The notes under the pieces are model-generated. The model did not search any database, had not been told where the DNA came from, and worked only from the letters and a program-made list of their open reading frames with translations. Positions 61,601 through 64,000 of a stretch of 64,000 nt of DNA are shown in pieces. A program made the position numbers and the translations under genes. Source of the stretch: Bacilli bacterium (lineage in GTDB: Bacteria; Bacillota_I; Bacilli_A; RF39; UBA660); the NCBI GenBank assembly GCA_017528315.1, contig JAFXOW010000005.1, positions 1,986 through 65,985 on the forward strand, written 5' to 3'. Each line of letters starts with the position of its first letter. Within the stretch, counting starts at the first letter, position 1.

Positions 61601-62489
61601 ATGAAAAAAGAATTAACATTAGTATTACTTGCTGCTGGTATGGGATCAAGATTTGGAGGATTAAAACAAGTTGAACCAGTTGGTCCAAATGGAGAATTTA
61701 TTATTGATTATTCAATCTATGATGCAATTCAAGCTGGATTTACTAAAATAGTATTTATTATTAAGAAAGAAAATTACGATTTATTTAGAGAAACTGTTGG
61801 AAAAAGAATTGAAGGGAAAATACCAGTTGAATATGTTTTTCAAGATATTGAAGATATACCAGATGGGGTAGAAATTCCTAAAGATAGAACTAAACCATGG
61901 GGAACTGGTCATGCAGTCCTTGCTGCCCGTAATGTTGTTCATGAAAACTTCGTTATGATTAACTCTGATGATTTCTATGGAAGAGATGCTTATATTAAAA
62001 TTAAAGATTTCTTTGATAAAAATGATAATCCTGATAACTATGCTATGGTTGCTTTTCGAGTTGCTAACACGATGACCGAAAATGGAAGTGTAAAACGTGG
62101 TGTATGTGAACAAGAAAATAATTATTTAACTAATATAATTGAATCAAGTATAGAAAGAGTAGATAATAAAATAATAGCTAGTCCTCTTGATGGAAGAAGC
62201 TCCTTTGAAGTTTTAGAAGATGCGCTTGTATCTATGAATTTCTTTGGATTTACAGAAAAAATGTTTATGACTTTAAAAATGGGATTAGTTAAATTTTTTG
62301 AAGATAATAAAGATGATTTAACTAAATGTGAATACTTAATACCAGATGTTGTCTTTGAAGAAATAAAAAAAGGTAAAAAAGTTACCGTTTTAGAATCAAC
62401 TGATAAATGGCTTGGTGTAACATATAAAGAAGATAAAGAATTTGTTGTCTCAAATATTAAAAAATTAATAGAGAAAGGAGAATATCCGT

Positions 62490-62506
<17 letters not shown>
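61601..62506 (+). CDS. Sugar-phosphate nucleotidyltransferase family protein
   Basis: LAAGMGSRFGGLKQ, KPWGTGHA, INSDDFYG, WLGVTY. Confidence 0.82.

Positions 62507-64000
<1,494 letters not shown>

Noticed and set aside
3043-62113. Short minus-strand ORFs in the track (e.g. 3043, 8185, 14169, 19595, 22667, 24211, 29714, 44231, 48189, 48565, 48859, 51673, 56237, 58874, 59213, 61781)
   Set aside because: They are shadows of well-supported plus-strand genes and have no RBS or motif evidence.

Overview
64-kb chromosomal segment of a very AT-rich Bacillota (Firmicutes) bacterium. It uses the standard genetic code (TGA is a stop, TGG is Trp) and nearly all genes lie on the + strand. The gene content fits a reduced-genome, sporulation-gene-carrying Bacilli lineage such as RF39; this is an inference, not a placement. 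Contents in order: efp (partial), a SirA-like gene, a short smc; a ~22-kb rhamnose-type cell-surface polysaccharide locus (rmlACDB, GacI/GacJ-like cassette, dTDP-3-amino-sugar pathway, Wzt/Wzm, many glycosyltransferases, GtrB/GtrA); housekeeping genes (trxAB, xerC-like, tmcAL, yqeY, rnhB, cdd, era, recO); a stand-alone sigG; an S66 peptidase; a tandem inactive/active metallophosphoesterase pair; tRNA-Glu(CTC); a GH73 autolysin; ABC systems; an orphan KinB-like kinase; an LRR surface protein; rarA; copA; pcrA; and ligA, which carries an in-frame TAA. The best finding is absent from the ORF track. Two separate intergenic regions (~38220-38545 and ~56800-57110) share one architecture: a minus-strand 30-36 aa hydrophobic peptide gene with an SD-sequestering hairpin and a bipartite 5'-3' long-range inverted repeat, overlapped at its 3' end by a convergent, terminator-bounded small RNA. 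They look like two paralogous members of a type I toxin-antitoxin family that I do not recognise. All protein assignments come from motif recognition and memory; no searches were run.
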